A stretch of 62,830 bases of DNA, filler included, from 12 parts of 12 records of this genome joined end to end with filler, not necessarily neighbours in it, one strand, 5' to 3'; shown: positions 45,411 through 58,959, counted from the whole stretch's first letter. Translations and numbers: made by a program. The notes: generated by a model not told the origin, from the letters alone.

Positions 45411-47811
45411 TGGCGATTCTACTGATGGCGACCCTGGCGGTGATCCTGGTGGCGACTGCTCCTGCCCAGAAAGAAGGAATGTTGGTGCTGCTGCTGGATG
45501 CTCCTGGCCACCCGCCAAGTCCTGAAGACCTCGTCAGTCACCCATCGCATGCGCTGCCAACCTGCAGAAGCTCTTGCCGGAGCACATTGTTGTGCTTTGA
45601 TTTCTTCTCAAGCGCATGCTGTATCTCCTCCATCTTCTGAACCTGCCTCCAAATCACAAGGTACACACCTCACCCACGGCCACCTTATGCGACAGGCTAT
45701 CGTCTCGGCGGCCACGACTGATCAGCAACGGTCGAGGCAACGGCAGTGCCGGGACGCAGAACCCTGTCGCCGTGGCCTGAGCAACCACCAGCTCGTCCCC
45801 AATGTCGATCTGGAGCTTGAGTCCAAACAAGACGTTGCATGCATGCAGCTTGAGCTTGTAGACCAGCTGGCGGTGCAGGTTGTAGGTCATGAACGGAATC
45901 TGATCCGACACAAACATCGCACTCTTCTCGCCCGCAGAGTAAAGCTTACGCCGAGCCACCTGAGAACTCGGTCGATTGGCCAGGGCGGGGGAGGTGCCTG
46001 TGCGTTAATCAGCACGCCAGGACCGACTGAGGTCATTCCCTCCGGGGGCTCGATGGTGGCAAATAGCAGCTCGGGCACGTGCATCTTATGGCACTGCTTG
46101 CACAGCACGCTTCGCATCGGGAAGGTCACCTGCAGCGGCTCACAGCAGCAGGGATGGCAACGGTCACTGTGGTCGGATTGTATGGCACGTGGAAGCAAGA
46201 ACTCTCGCAGCTCGGACCACGCACGCCAGCGAGGCTAAGGCTCGGGATTGGCGACACGCCATCCACCTGAGCCGGCTGGCAAACTGTGGGGTATTCGTCC
46301 TCGTTCCACTCAAGGTTGACAGCGGAGCCCGAGGCGGATATAATGCATAAATCACCGTGAATCGCGCAGCTCTCAGAATAGCCAATTACATGCGAGCAGC
46401 CGAGAGACTTTGCATGCGACTTGATCTGCGGCCGGTGAGTCGCCGGACTAGCAGTGGCCGACGGACCTCGTCTCGCAAGTCGTGCCACCAGCTGTCCCAC
46501 TTCATCCCAGTTCTCTTCCCAATTAACAGCTTGACCGCGTGCGCAGTAACGTAGCCTCCAATCATCAGCTTGTACCGGTTCGAGAAGCCTTTGAGTGTGA
46601 GGATCTGGACGGACTGGGACTGCAGCGCCACCGGCGCAGCTATGTTGTCGTCTTGCTCAGCAAGGTCCGCTGGGCCTGCAGAGCCTCCACGCCTGAGAGC
46701 GACTGCAGAGCCCATTCTCGAGAGCCTAAGCCCGTCCTGTGGCCGACTGCCAGCCCCGGTCAGTCCTTCCGCTTGGCCAAGACGGCACCGGGTGTCTTCT
46801 GGCAGCCGCGGTGACACGAACCGGCCAGGCGACGGCGCCGGGCCTGCCTCTTCCCCTCCAAGCAACAACCCTCCTGGCTCGGGCATCGCAGTCGGCTTGG
46901 GCTTCAGCGGGCCCAGCACTCGGACGGCGGTGCCATACCCGCGGGCAATCACAAATCCGCCCAGCTTGTCCAAGTCGAAGTGCAGCTGATACCCGAGCAC
47001 AGCGTTCCCCTCGAGCTCAACAGTCTTCTTGCCCACAAACCGCCGCACCTTGCCTCCAGAATCAGCCAGACCCCGGGCCGAACCGACCTTGCCCGAGAGC
47101 ACAGTGAACAGCCGGAGCCGTCGCTCGTTCGAGTTTCGCTTGGAGCGGAACGAGTCCTGCCACGCCTCCTCCGGGTCCTCCTCCATGAAGAGCTCCTCGA
47201 CAAACCCTTTGGTCTCAAACTGGGGGAACCCCTCCGGGATGGACGCCCCGGTGAAGAAGAGCACGCCCAGCGACGAGTCACGGAACGCGTTCCGTTCTGG
47301 GATGAAGCGCACTTTAACCTGCCGCCCGGCTCACCCCAGCCCCGCCCGGCCGGCCGCCTTCACGTGCAGATCTCCGCAGCAGCCGCGCAGCGTATCGTAG
47401 ATCGGAAACCAGCCCTCGATCGCGCCCGGGCCCCAGGTGTCCGAGGAGAGGCGGGCGAACTCCTCGTCCACACACAGGCTGGTCAGGTCCAGGTACACCT
47501 GCCGCCGGGGCTCGCACTGCCGGCAGCAGCCCGGCCACCTTGCCGATCACGTCGTCGGCCCCCGCGTGGCTACTATCGAGCACTTCCAGCCGCATCGGCT
47601 CGTCCTGGAAGTACCGGTCCTCCGGCAACTCGAAGGTGATGCTTTCGTTCCAGTAGACCGACCAGCCGGTGTGCGGCGTGGGCTGCTCCGACTCGGGCGA
47701 CGAGGATCCAGTCTGCATAGTGTCCAGGTCGGCGAACTTGATTTGGACCCGGGCGTCCGAGCTCGGCAGGTACCGCGCCCGGTGCACCCGGATCTTGATC
47801 ACGTTCGGCAT
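45411..47811 (-). CDS. C2CD5: C2 domain-containing protein 5 (3' partial)
   Basis: MPNVIKIRVHRARYLP...QDEPMRLEVLD...DVIGK|VYLDL...GWFPIYDTL, GFVEEL...DPE..WQDSFR..R.SNERR, GNAVLGYQLHFDL, ARGYGTA, WWHDLRDE, and NLHRQLVYKLKL...NVLFGL. Confidence 0.9.
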
Positions 47812-47853
47812 ACGCGCGTGTGTGCAGACAGCACGGGCCTCTGTGTGGCGTTG

Positions 47854-47872
47854 CCGTTATGAAAGTCCGTTA
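47854..47872. promoter_or_regulatory. Twin CCGTTA motifs in divergent spacer
   Basis: CCGTTATGAAAGTCCGTTA; ATGAAAGTC followed by CCGTTA also occurs at 26079-26100. Confidence 0.45.
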
Positions 47873-47984
47873 TGGCGGTTGTGAACGGCCTTGCGTGGCT
47901 CTTGGCGCTCAGCTCCTGTCGCGTGCAACCAAGCGTGGTTGTGAACCGTTCGCAACCAGTAGTTCGAGCGTCTCGGTCCGCAGG

Positions 47985-48470
47985 ATGAGCGTGCCCTGCC
48001 TGGCCGAGCGGTCCCAGTACGGCAGACGACGTTACCGCGCCCCTAACCTGGTGCCCGCTCTGTCCATCCACCACGCGGGCGAGCGCCGGCATTACACCGA
48101 CAACCATGGCCGTGGCCGGACCCTAGGCTGGGGGGCACCGCGGCCGGACCGACAGGCGATCGCCGCGCAGGCCCGGGAGCACGACGCTGGTTATAGGCTC
48201 GCCTGGACTGGAGCCCGGGCCGACTCTTTCGGGGTCGGACTGGTGAACAGGGTGGGGGAGCGGCTCGGGAATTCGCTTACCTTCGCGACCAAGAAGGACC
48301 CGGACAGCCCCAAGCTGAACCCGAGCCTGGTCAAGTACGACCAGCCCAAGTCTATAAATAGCGAGCAGGCCGACTTGGCGCTCGGGCAGTCACTCCGCGC
48401 CGAGATCCTGACTCCCCACCACCGGCCTCGCCCCCTCCCGGAGCAAATTCACCACTGGCCGTCGCCGGTG
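47985..48470 (+). CDS. Hypothetical protein (3' partial)
   Basis: Open frame from MSVPCL to the contig end, divergent from C2CD5. Confidence 0.45.
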
Positions 48471-48570
48471 NNNNNNNNNNNNNNNNNNNNNNNNNNNNNN
48501 NNNNNNNNNNNNNNTTAATTAATTAANNNNNNNNNNNNNNNNNNNNNNNNNNNNNNNNNNNNNNNNNNNN
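48471..48570. other. Artificial contig spacer
   Basis: N44-TTAATTAATTAA-N44. Confidence 0.98.
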
Positions 48571-48681
48571 CAGGCTGTTGCCCACAATATTCCCAGACTA
48601 GTCACCCATGGCCAGGCTTGGCCAACATCTTACATCTGCGTCTCCCACACCCACAACCTGCCAACGGCAGCTCCGGTGTTG

Positions 48682-49175
48682 ATGGAGCGTTCGGCGGAGG
48701 AGGAGCAGGCGCTGCAGGAGGCGGTGCACTCTATGTTCGCCAACGTGAGCGAGTACATCCAAGGCGAGCTCGAAGGTGGGACCGCTTCGGGGCCGGCCGG
48801 AGGGCGGGGCCAGTATCCAGCCAGGACTACAGGCTGCTCGAGCGGATGAACCTGGCCACTGCAGAGAAGTAGCCGCCCCCGTTGGGGCCAGCCGAGCTGG
48901 GGCAGGTACCGGCACCTGGCCGACCACGCTGAGAACCTGCTGGTGGCCCGGCAAACAATGCTCACTAAATGTGCCCTGCCGGAGGCGTGGGCCGGAGCGG
49001 CGGGGCAGACGACGAGTTTTTGCCGTACGTGTACCAGATCGACGAGCTGAGCAGCGTGATGCTCGAGCTGGAGAAGACGGTGCAGCAGCTGGACGAGTAC
49101 ACCAAGCGGCTAGGTGCTGGCCCCGGCGGTGTGGCCGAGCGGTGACTGGCAGAGGCAAAGTTCAAGGCGCTATGA
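48682..49175 (+). CDS. BLOC1S2: BLOC-1 complex subunit 2, 4 introns (not recovered by the ORF track)
   Basis: Spliced: MFANVSEYIQGELE|VSSQDYRLLERMNLATAEK|Y...PYVYQIDEL...LEKTVQQLDEYTKRL|EAKFKAL, with introns of 37-39 nt. Confidence 0.9.
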
Positions 49176-49325
49176 CAGTACTATGACAAGCCGATTGTGC
49201 CTACTAGATACCCACTATAAATACGTGCACCCAATATAGCATAAATGTTTTAATATCTATACACAGTTTGTCAAACTTAATGAGCGGCGCTCAGCCGATG
49301 GTTAATTAATTGCTCAGTCGCGTTG

Positions 49326-50871
49326 CTAGATCGCGATCCCGTTGAGCTCGTCCTCGATCAATTGCTTTTGCAGGCTGGTCACTTCCTGGTTGGCTGTGCA
49401 GAGCTTGGCCTTGAGCTGCTCGCGGGCCGCCTCGCACTCCATTAGTTGGCTCTGCAGCTCGCTCACCTGCCCCAGCTCACCGGCCCTGGCTGCCCTGCCA
49501 CCTGCAGCTGCTCGGCTCTTAGGCTGCTCTGCAGTTGCTCGCTCTCCCGGCGCGAGCGGTCGAGCTGCTCGGTCGGGTCTGCTGCCTGGTGAGCTTAGGG
49601 CTGGCCAGCCGGACCTAGATCGAGCAGCTGCTGCTGCAGCCCGGAAAGCTGCTGGTTGGCCTGCTTGAGCCGATCCAGCAGCCCAGCCTCCCGACGCTTG
49701 CTCTCGCCCAGCTGCCCCCGCTCGGGCCGGGCCAGCGGGCCGCACCTCGGATTCCATCTGACTCGCCCTCGCCCGCTCCGCCCCCGCCTGCTTCAGCTCG
49801 GCCTCCGCCTGCCCTCACACTCTGCCCGGCCCACAGCTGGCTCGCCTGGGCCAACTCGGCCGCCACGCCCCGTGCGGCCTGCTGTGACTCGGCCGCGGCC
49901 TCCAGCTTGGCTTCGGCCTGGGTTGGGGATGGCGGGTGGCTCAGGCGGGAGACCCTAACCTCCATCATCTGGAGCTGCATCTGGGAGAGCTCCCCATTGA
50001 GCGCCGCAGTCCGCTCCCGGCCCCTCGCCGCAACGGCCAGCTGCTCCTCCGCCTGCGACCGGTCAGAGGCCGGCTGGACGGCATAGCACCTCCATCAGCC
50101 GCTGCTGCATCTCAGCTTGGCTCTGGAGCCACTCGCTGCACCGGGCTCACCGGCACCCTCAAAGGGGCAAAACCGCTTGCTGTGCTGCTGCTTGGACTGG
50201 GAGCAGGCGCTCGCCTCGAGCTGCTCGCCCGCCTGCAGGAGCTGCTGCTGCAACCCGGCCACTTGACTGTTGGCGGCCCCCAGCTTGCGCTCCAGAGCCA
50301 TCAGCTGCTGCTGCAGCCGGCTCACCTGCCCTGGCTCGCCCCTCTCCAGCCGGGCGGGCGCCTCCTGGTTCCGGTCGGCCAGTTGCCGCTCGAGCTCGGC
50401 TTCCGGCTTGCCCTCCGCCTGCCCCAGCTGCCCCAGCTACGCGGCACGCCGCACCATCAGCCGCGCCTGCAGCCGCGCCACCTCCTGCCTGGCCTGGATC
50501 AGCTCGGTCTTGAACTTGCTCGCCCGCTCCGCCTCGCCCTTGGCCGCCTCCTGCTGGCTCATTTCGGTTTTGAGCTGCCCGCCGCTAGACCGGCCCCAGC
50601 CCGGCACGGCACCGCCTCGACCTCCGCCTGGCCGGCCAGCAGCCCCTCGATCCGGCCAGCCTGCTCTGCCAGCCGCTCTTCGGCCTGCGCACGGCTCGGC
50701 AGTGCGCCAGCGGGTCGGGGGCCTGTGCCAGCTGGGCGGCCAGCTGCTGGTTCTCCTCGGTGGCCTTCTCCAGCCGGGCGCGCACCTCGTCGATCTGCTC
50801 CAGCTTTGGCCTCGCGCAGGACTGGGCCGCACCGGGAAATGCCGATCCCGCGACAGCCGTGCCTTGCCCAT
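49326..50871 (-). CDS. Multi-exon coiled-coil protein
   Basis: MGK|SCARPKLEQIDEVRARLEKATEENQQL... with many Q/E/L/A-rich exons separated by about 40-nt GT/GC-AG introns; ends QKQLIEDELNGIAI. Confidence 0.65.
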
Positions 50872-50958
50872 CGGCCCGGGCTCCGGCACGCCTGTTCCGG
50901 CACGCCTGTTCCCAGTGCTGCCCAGTCACGGCTGAGCTCCAACTGAACGGCACGATCG

Positions 50959-51542
50959 ATGTACAGGCTGCTCCAGCGGGCGGCCCCGCTTGCTGGGCTG
51001 CTGCTGCCGGGCGGCGTGCGGTGCGCCGCGGCGCAGCTGGACGAGCACGGCCAGCCATGCGAGCACCGGGCGTGCAAGAAGGCGGCCAAGACCAACCGGG
51101 CCTTCTTCAGCGCGGCGGTGGCGGCAGGGCCGCCCGAGTGCCCATTGGACGTCGAGCAGCTGGGCGAGGCCACCTGGCGGTTCCTGCACAGCACGGCGGC
51201 CTACTACCCAGAATCGCCCAGTCCAGCCCAGCGGGCGCACGCGGCTAGTCTGATCGAGGCGCTGGCGGCGTTGTACCCCTGCCCGCACTGCGCGGCCGAC
51301 TTCAGGTGACCCGCCCGCCGGCCCGGCAGACCCCGGACAGGGAGGAGCTCAAGCGGAACCCGGCCCGGCTAGGCAGCCGACAGGAGTTTGTGCTGTGGCT
51401 GTGCGAGCAGCACAACGCCGTGAATAAAAAGCTAGGCAAGCCGATCAAGCCGTGCAAGTTCAGCAAGCTCGACGCCCGCTGGCGGACCGGCCTGGGCAAC
51501 CCAGCCTGCGACGAAGATGCACTTGGCCGAGGAGGTGAATGA
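50959..51542 (+). CDS. ERV1: Erv1/ALR FAD-linked sulfhydryl oxidase, 1 intron (51306-51340)
   Basis: CPLDVEQLGEATWRFLHSTAAYYP, YPCPHCA, WLCEQHNAVNKKLGKP and RWR. Confidence 0.93.
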
Positions 51543-51813
51543 CAACGCCAACTGAGCCTATTAATGTTAGATACTCGTAATTGCGTGTACAAGCCGTGTT
51601 ATTCATTTAGTGGAGTACGAGTAGTTCTATTATGCTCGTATTTTATATGGATATAGCTGCATTCACTGGTAAGGTCGAGACTAGCGGTCGACACATAGTC
51701 GCTATCAAATCTTTCTGCGAACTCGAGCAGTTGCGATACATGTTAACTAACACAATATTCTATTACATGACTTTATGTACAATCATTCAATGAATCTTCT
51801 TCATCGTTTACAA

Positions 51814-52890
51814 TCATCCGGTAGCCGGCTGTATCTGCCCACATAGAGCCTCGATATCCTCGGCTTGGCCGGCCTGGCCGACTGACCGCAACAGGTCGGC
51901 CAGCTCACCGAACCCCTGCGCCGCCGCCTGGTCGTTCTCTGCCCGGCTTGCCGCCCGGCGTTTAACGTCCTCGGGCACTTTGTGGCTGATCTCGCACGCC
52001 TCCATCCCGTCACCCAGCCTCCACCTGTTGATATCCGGCTCCGGCTCGGGCTCGGGCTCGCTGCACTGATACTCTTGCTCCGAATAGCACTCGCTCGGGT
52101 CGGGGCTCGGCTCTGCAGCACGGAGCTGCTCCTCTCTCTCTATTATCTGGTCTATCAGCCGCTGTATCCTGTCGGCCTGCTCGGTCAGCTCGCACCGGGG
52201 CGCTGGATTGTCCGGCCGCAGCGTGAGCAGCTCCGCCACGTACGGCTGCGCCACGTACGGCTGCAGCCCGCTCTTGTCCAGTGTTTCGTTCTGCTGCTCA
52301 GGGTATGCAACCACCACCCGGCCCTCCGCCTCCATCGGTTGCGGCCCCTCGGCCTCCGCTCCGTCGGCCGCACGCCTGGAACTGCTCCTCCTGCGATCCC
52401 TCCGGCCCCGGCTCCTGCTCCTCAAGCCGCGGCTTCGACTCCTCCGGCCCCGGCTTTGGCTTCGGACCCGCCCTCGACTCTGGCTGCGCTCCCGGCTCTT
52501 GCGCCGGGGCTTGCGCCGGCTCTTGCGCCGGTTGTGAGATATTGTGGCCGGCTGGTCTTGGGGCGCTTGGGCCGGATGCGCGAGCTGGACCTGCCGCCTG
52601 CGGGTGTTCCGTTGGATCACCGTGGCGGCCGCGACCAGCTCGCGCATCAGGTGGTACTCGATGGTGGCCTCGTCGGCCTCCGGCTCCAGCTGCACCGGCC
52701 GCGGCTCCAGGGTTTGTGCAACTCCCCCTGGTGGCTCGCGCAGCACCGTCTCCACCTCGGCTCGGAAGCAGAGCTCGTCGATCTCGGCATCCAGCTGCGC
52801 GATCTCCCGCTTGGTGGCCGGGGCCCACGGCTGCTCCGCCGCCCCCCGCTCGCCAGCCGGCGTGCTGGTCCCAGGCTGCTCACTTGCCAT
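51814..52890 (-). CDS. Hypothetical protein with IQ motif and RS-rich region
   Basis: AATVIQRNTRRRQ IQ motif, RSRSRG repeats, (QPYVA)x2 and EPEPEP. Confidence 0.6.
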   Translation of the reverse strand: MASEQPGTSTPAGERGAAEQPWAPATKREIAQLDAEIDELCFRAEVETVLREPPGGVAQTLEPRPVQLEPEADEATIEYHLMRELVAAATVIQRNTRRRQVQLAHPAQAPQDQPATISHNRRKSRRKPRRKSRERSQSRGRVRSQSRGRRSRSRGLRSRSRGRRDRRRSSSRRAADGAEAEGPQPMEAEGRVVVAYPEQQNETLDKSGLQPYVAQPYVAELLTLRPDNPAPRCELTEQADRIQRLIDQIIEREEQLRAAEPSPDPSECYSEQEYQCSEPEPEPEPDINRWRLGDGMEACEISHKVPEDVKRRAASRAENDQAAAQGFGELADLLRSVGQAGQAEDIEALCGQIQPATG

Positions 52891-52976
52891 CCCAACGCTT
52901 GCCGTTGCTGCAGCAGCAGCAGTTGCCACCCTGCGCCACACGCTTCAGCTGTGGGCCCAGCGGCGGGTCGGGCAGC

Positions 52977-54224
52977 ATGCCAGCCGGCGGCTGGTGTGGT
53001 TGCCTCCGGTCGGTGGTATCACAGAAGAAGCGGCGGTACACGGAGGGCGAGTTCGACCTGGATTTGAGCTACATAACCCCGCGGATCATCGCGATGGGCT
53101 TCCCCTCCTCCGGCTGCGAGGCGCTCTACCGGAATAGGCTCACCAGCGTGCGCGCCCTGCTCGACCAGCGGCACCCGGGCTGCTACCGGGTGTTCAACCT
53201 GTGCGCCGAGCCCAAGCACCGGGACGGGTACACCGAAGACCAGTTCGGCGGCCCGGTCGAGACCCGGTTCGCGCACTCGGACCACAACCCGCCCCCGCTG
53301 CACTTCCTGGGGCTGTTCTGCCAGGCCGTGGACGCCTGGCTGGCCGAGGCGCCGGATAAGGTGGTGGCCATCCACTGCAAGGCCGGCAAGGGCCGGACGG
53401 GCACCCTGATCTCGGCCTACTTAATGCACAGCCAGCGGCTCGGTGCGGAGGCCGCCATGGCGCTGTACGGCCAGCAGCGGACCACCAACGGCCAGGGCGT
53501 GACCATCCCCTCCCAGCGGCGGTACCTGCACTACTTTGAGGCCGAGAGGGCCGCAGCGGTCGGGATCCAGCCTGGCAGCGACCGCCGGCAGCTCTGCGCA
53601 GTTCGGCTCGAGGAGCAGCAACCCAGCTGCTGCTGCGGGCCCGGCCCAGCCCGGGCCCGGCTAGGCCGGTACAGTGGGTGCGATATCGAGTGGTTCGCCG
53701 AGGTGCCGAGTGCGCCGGGGGAGCTCGGCCGAGAGTGGCGGTTTGCGGTGGAGCTCACCGGGGACTTTTGCATCCAAATCGACCAGCGGCCGAGTATGCG
53801 CGCATGGATTCACACGGCGCACGTGCCCGGGCCGGGCCGGGTGGAGCTGGACACCGGACAGATCGACGGGCTGCATAAGGGCAAGGGTAGCAAGCTCGAG
53901 GTTCGACTTTGCTTCGAGTTTGCGCCGGTCGCCGACCCGAGCCCAACACAGCCGGCCTGGCCCGAGCAACCCGACCCGAGCCCGACGCAGTCGGCAGTCG
54001 TAGAGGTCGAGCTGGCCGATAAAACCAACACCGACTTGGATCCGGCCGAGCCGCCGCCAGATAATTGCGATCCCAAACCCGACGCACAGAAGCCTAATGA
54101 GCTCCCGCCCGACCTGCAGGAGAGACAGCCAGAAGCAGCGCTCACAGAGCTCGTCGACGGCCAATCCGAGCGCGGCTGTCGGACCTGCCTTACGAGTAAC
54201 GTGACGGTTACTAGGAACTGCTAG
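52977..54224 (+). CDS. PTEN: PTEN-family phosphatidylinositol 3-phosphatase (intronless)
   Basis: VSQKKRRYTEGEFDLDLSYITPRIIAMGFP, YRN, DHNPP, catalytic HCKAGKGRTG and GVTIPSQRRY, followed by a divergent C2 domain. Confidence 0.9.
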   Translation: MPAGGWCGCLRSVVSQKKRRYTEGEFDLDLSYITPRIIAMGFPSSGCEALYRNRLTSVRALLDQRHPGCYRVFNLCAEPKHRDGYTEDQFGGPVETRFAHSDHNPPPLHFLGLFCQAVDAWLAEAPDKVVAIHCKAGKGRTGTLISAYLMHSQRLGAEAAMALYGQQRTTNGQGVTIPSQRRYLHYFEAERAAAVGIQPGSDRRQLCAVRLEEQQPSCCCGPGPARARLGRYSGCDIEWFAEVPSAPGELGREWRFAVELTGDFCIQIDQRPSMRAWIHTAHVPGPGRVELDTGQIDGLHKGKGSKLEVRLCFEFAPVADPSPTQPAWPEQPDPSPTQSAVVEVELADKTNTDLDPAEPPPDNCDPKPDAQKPNELPPDLQERQPEAALTELVDGQSERGCRTCLTSNVTVTRNC

Positions 54225-54377
54225 GGGCGGGGCTGGTAGACCGATTGCGCTCATCTCAAGCGAATCCACGTGTGTCAACACGTGATAAGTACAATATTAC
54301 GCTAATTTAACCACTTGTAATTAAAGCAAGGAAACACATTATACAAGGCGCATCGAGCCACGTATGCCAACAAGTTC

Positions 54378-55478
54378 TTACAACTCATGCAGATCCGGTT
54401 TTGTAGCTTTCCCACGAGTTTCCCGCTGCTTTGCTAGCACGCTGCGCATGGCCTTCTGAAGATCCGAATCAAACGGGTTTGCTGCTAGCCCGAGTCGCAG
54501 GGTCTCCTCGAGAACGTTCTCCCAGCCCGGATCCGCCAGCTCTATCAGCACGCCTGCTAGTCCCTTGTGCGTGCTCGCGGGCAAGTTGCTCTTGCACTCG
54601 CGCAGCACTTGAACGTATCGCTCGCGCGCATGGAGCAGCCTGCCCCTCCCGCGCTGGACCGAGGCGGCGGCGGCCATCAGCTCGCATTGCTCGGCCCCGG
54701 GTTGGAGCAGCCCTATGGCCACGTCCAAGCTCTGCCCGGCCTTTTCGAGGTGCGTGCTGTTGTCGCCGGGCTGGGCCGCAGCTTTCAGGTGGGCCATCCC
54801 GAGCCCGGTGTACAGCGGGGCCGACTCGGGCTCTATCTCTACCGCCTTCTCCAGGCTGCCAACGGCCTGCTCAGCCTGCCCGAGCTCTAGCAGCGCCGTC
54901 GCGTGCAGATGCCAGCCGTTTGCCTGGTCGGGCGCGATCGCGGTGAGCGTGACGGCCGACCGGAGCGCTTGCTCCGGCATCCCGAGCGCCAGCAGCCGAC
55001 GGGTGGCTGCCAGCCTGACGGGTTCCGAGTCCGGGCACGCGCTGAGTCTCCGGTCCACTGAAGCACCGTCGGCCTGTTTGGCCCAATCGTCGGACTCCGG
55101 GCACGTGAGCGCCTCGGCCGGCTCGCCAGCGGGCTCCGTCGGCGCAGTGCACTGGGACGGCTCGGCGCACCGCGGCTGCTGGGTCTGGGTTTGGCTCAAC
55201 TCTAGGTTGTGCGCGGCCGCCTTGTGGCTGGGGTCGAGAGCCAGCGCCGCCTTGAAGGTCTGCGCCGCCCGGCCAAGCTGCCCCGCGGCCGCCCAGCTGT
55301 TCCCCATGTTGAACTGGGCGCGCACCGCCACCGGGTGCCCGGGGGCGGCTTGGACCGACCGCTCGAACGCCGCGATGGCCTGGGGGTGCTCCCCGGCGGC
55401 AACTCGGGCGTTCCCAAGGTTAAAATGCAGCTCAGGATCGCCCGGGTTCAGGACGGTTGCCGCGCTGTACGCCTCGAT
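54378..55478 (-). CDS. TPR-repeat protein, probably ER-luminal (5' partial)
   Basis: TPR units (AQFNMGNSW...ALALDPSH, AVEIEPESAPLYTGLG); C-terminus DLHEL. Confidence 0.75.
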   Translation of the reverse strand: MEAYSAATVLNPGDPELHFNLGNARVAAGEHPQAIAAFERSVQAAPGHPVAVRAQFNMGNSWAAAGQLGRAAQTFKAALALDPSHKAAAHNLELSQTQTQQPRCAEPSQCTAPTEPAGEPAEALTCPESDDWAKQADGASVDRRLSACPDSEPVRLAATRRLLALGMPEQALRSAVTLTAIAPDQANGWHLHATALLELGQAEQAVGSLEKAVEIEPESAPLYTGLGMAHLKAAAQPGDNSTHLEKAGQSLDVAIGLLQPGAEQCELMAAAASVQRGRGRLLHARERYVQVLRECKSNLPASTHKGLAGVLIELADPGWENVLEETLRLGLAANPFDSDLQKAMRSVLAKQRETRGKATKPDLHEL

Positions 55479-55578
55479 NNNNNNNNNNNNNNNNNNNNNN
55501 NNNNNNNNNNNNNNNNNNNNNNTTAATTAATTAANNNNNNNNNNNNNNNNNNNNNNNNNNNNNNNNNNNNNNNNNNNN
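55479..55578. other. Artificial contig spacer
   Basis: N44-TTAATTAATTAA-N44. Confidence 0.98.
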
Positions 55579-57374
55579 CCCCCCCCCCCCCCCCACTGCC
55601 GGCTGAGCCGTGCGCAGCTGCCCGCTCTGCACTGCTCTGCTCCGGGAGTGGCGGCTTCTGCCTGAGTTACTCCCGGCGGCCCAGCTCACGGTGTCCCGCA
55701 GCCCAGCCCCACTCACCCGGTGCGCAGCTCGCCCAGATCGACTGCACAGACCACGCGGCCTTCTGCGGCGGTGCCCCCCGGGTCCGAGGCTTTCCGCACC
55801 TTCGGCTGTATATGCCGGAGCCGCAGCGGCCGGCCGAGTTCGCCGGGGCCCGGACCACCATCTCGATCGCCCGGTGGGTCCGGGCGCAGCTGCGGCCGCC
55901 GTCGGTCGCCCTGGGCAGCCTGGAGCAGTTGCGGTCGGAGCGCCGGTGGCAGCACCCGCGGCAGCCTGTGGCATACGGATGGCTGGGGGATCGGATCGGA
56001 CTCAACGCCAGCTGGCACACGGTGGCAGCTCAGCTGCGCGGGCACATGCTGTTCGCCCACAGCACGGTGCCGGGCGTGCTAGGGATCGGGCCCCCTGCTC
56101 TAACCCTCCGGACGCCCTGGGAGCCTCCGGAAAGGATCAAGCTGGCCGGGATCAGCCCGGCGCGGCTAAAGCGCTGGCTGCTAGCCCGACTGGTCCCGCG
56201 GTTTGGTCGGCTGACCGAATCGAGCTTTATGCGCTACACTGGTGCGGCGAGCCTAGGCAGTGACTGATGAGTTTGTTGCAGCGACCCAGCGGCCAGTGGC
56301 CGTAATACTCACAGGGCCTCACGACAGCTGCGCCATGCCAAAGAAGGCCACTCAGCGGGTCGCCCGCCGGCTGCGCGGTCGGCTCTCTGTGTGCACTGTT
56401 CCTGTGTCTCGCGCTGGGCTGGACTGGCGCCTCACCCGCGGCCGAGCCACGCCATGGCTCGCGATCAAAATGCCGAATGGCCAGTTCCGTGCGACTTCGG
56501 GTGGGTGCCCCGGGCGGCAGGCGCTGACCGTGCGGCAGCTGACCTGGTGGAGTCGGTCTGCGACCCAGGGCAGCTGATCCGGGCTGCGGCCGAGTTCGAT
56601 CAGTCTGAGCCGTTGACTCCGTTGCCGGCCGAGCCGGGCCAGGCGCTCGCAGTCAGTCCGGCCGAGTTTGAGGCGGGTTGGGGGCTGGTGTGGCTGAGGC
56701 TCGGGGCAGGGCCTGCTCGCCAACCGGACGCACGACCTGCTGCTGCTTATCCACGCGGCGTGGCACCAATCAGGCCCATCGGCGCTCACCGCTCTCCGGA
56801 AGGTACCCGAGGCTGCGGCCCGGGCGAGCCGCGCTGGCAGTTGGCACGCGCGATCGAGTTCTCGCCTGGGGTGGCTGCGGGTGAGATGGATGTAACCAGC
56901 CAGCCCGCACGGACACACTCCAGTCTCGGCACGCTGCCTGCCTGGCGGGCTGCTGACCTGCTGGGCCAGCTGGGTTGTCCGAGGAGGTCCCACAGCTTGT
57001 GATGCTCGCACAGAGCGGCCAAGTGCACCGGTTCACGGGCAAACTGCGCGCAGCCGAGATGCTGAGGTTCGCACGGTGCCGGCGGCGAGGCCCGGGCTGG
57101 CTGAATGGTGGCAGCGAGAAGGCGACGGATGCGCTGGTGATAGATCCGGATGAACTGCAACTGCAGCGCCAGATGAAAGCGGTCCAGGCCAGCCCGGGCC
57201 GGCCCTCATGCTGCACAGGTGCGGCTCGCGACAGAGGCGGCCCGCGCGGCCTTCCGCAGGCAGCGGCACTTAGAGCGGATGGTCCGGCGGCTGGAAGAGA
57301 AGATCGAACGCAAGAGGGTGGCTGCATGTCCCTCGACAAACTCTTCTACATATCAACGCAAGTTGCCCGAATAA
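55579..57374 (+). CDS. Thioredoxin-fold / PDI-like protein (5' partial)
   Basis: LAQIDCTDHAAFC...VRGFPHLRLY...EFAGARTTISIARWVRAQLRP is the second half of a PDI a-domain; later VPQLVML...HRFTGKLRAAEMLRF. Exon structure is only partly resolved. Confidence 0.6.
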
Positions 57375-57482
57375 AGTGTATTGAGCCTCAATTGAGCCTT
57401 TATAACAATACATACTCGTAAGTCATTCGATGTCATCAATTACTCAGTAGGCCCAAGCACGCTTGTTTGAGTAGCGGAACAA

Positions 57483-58876
<1,394 letters not shown>

Positions 58877-58959
58877 GGACGAGTAACGGAATCACAGCTT
58901 TTCGAAGCAATGCGGAGCCAGTCCGGCGGACACAGAGCACGGTGAGCGCTGCGCTCATC

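Noticed and set aside
52281-52976. 5' extension of the 647-aa PTEN ORF overlapping an antisense gene
   Set aside because: PTEN homology starts just after Met 52977; the extension is a stop-poor antisense shadow of the 51814-52890 gene.
55579-55594. Poly-C run
   Set aside because: A homopolymer at a contig edge, probably the cause of the assembly break.
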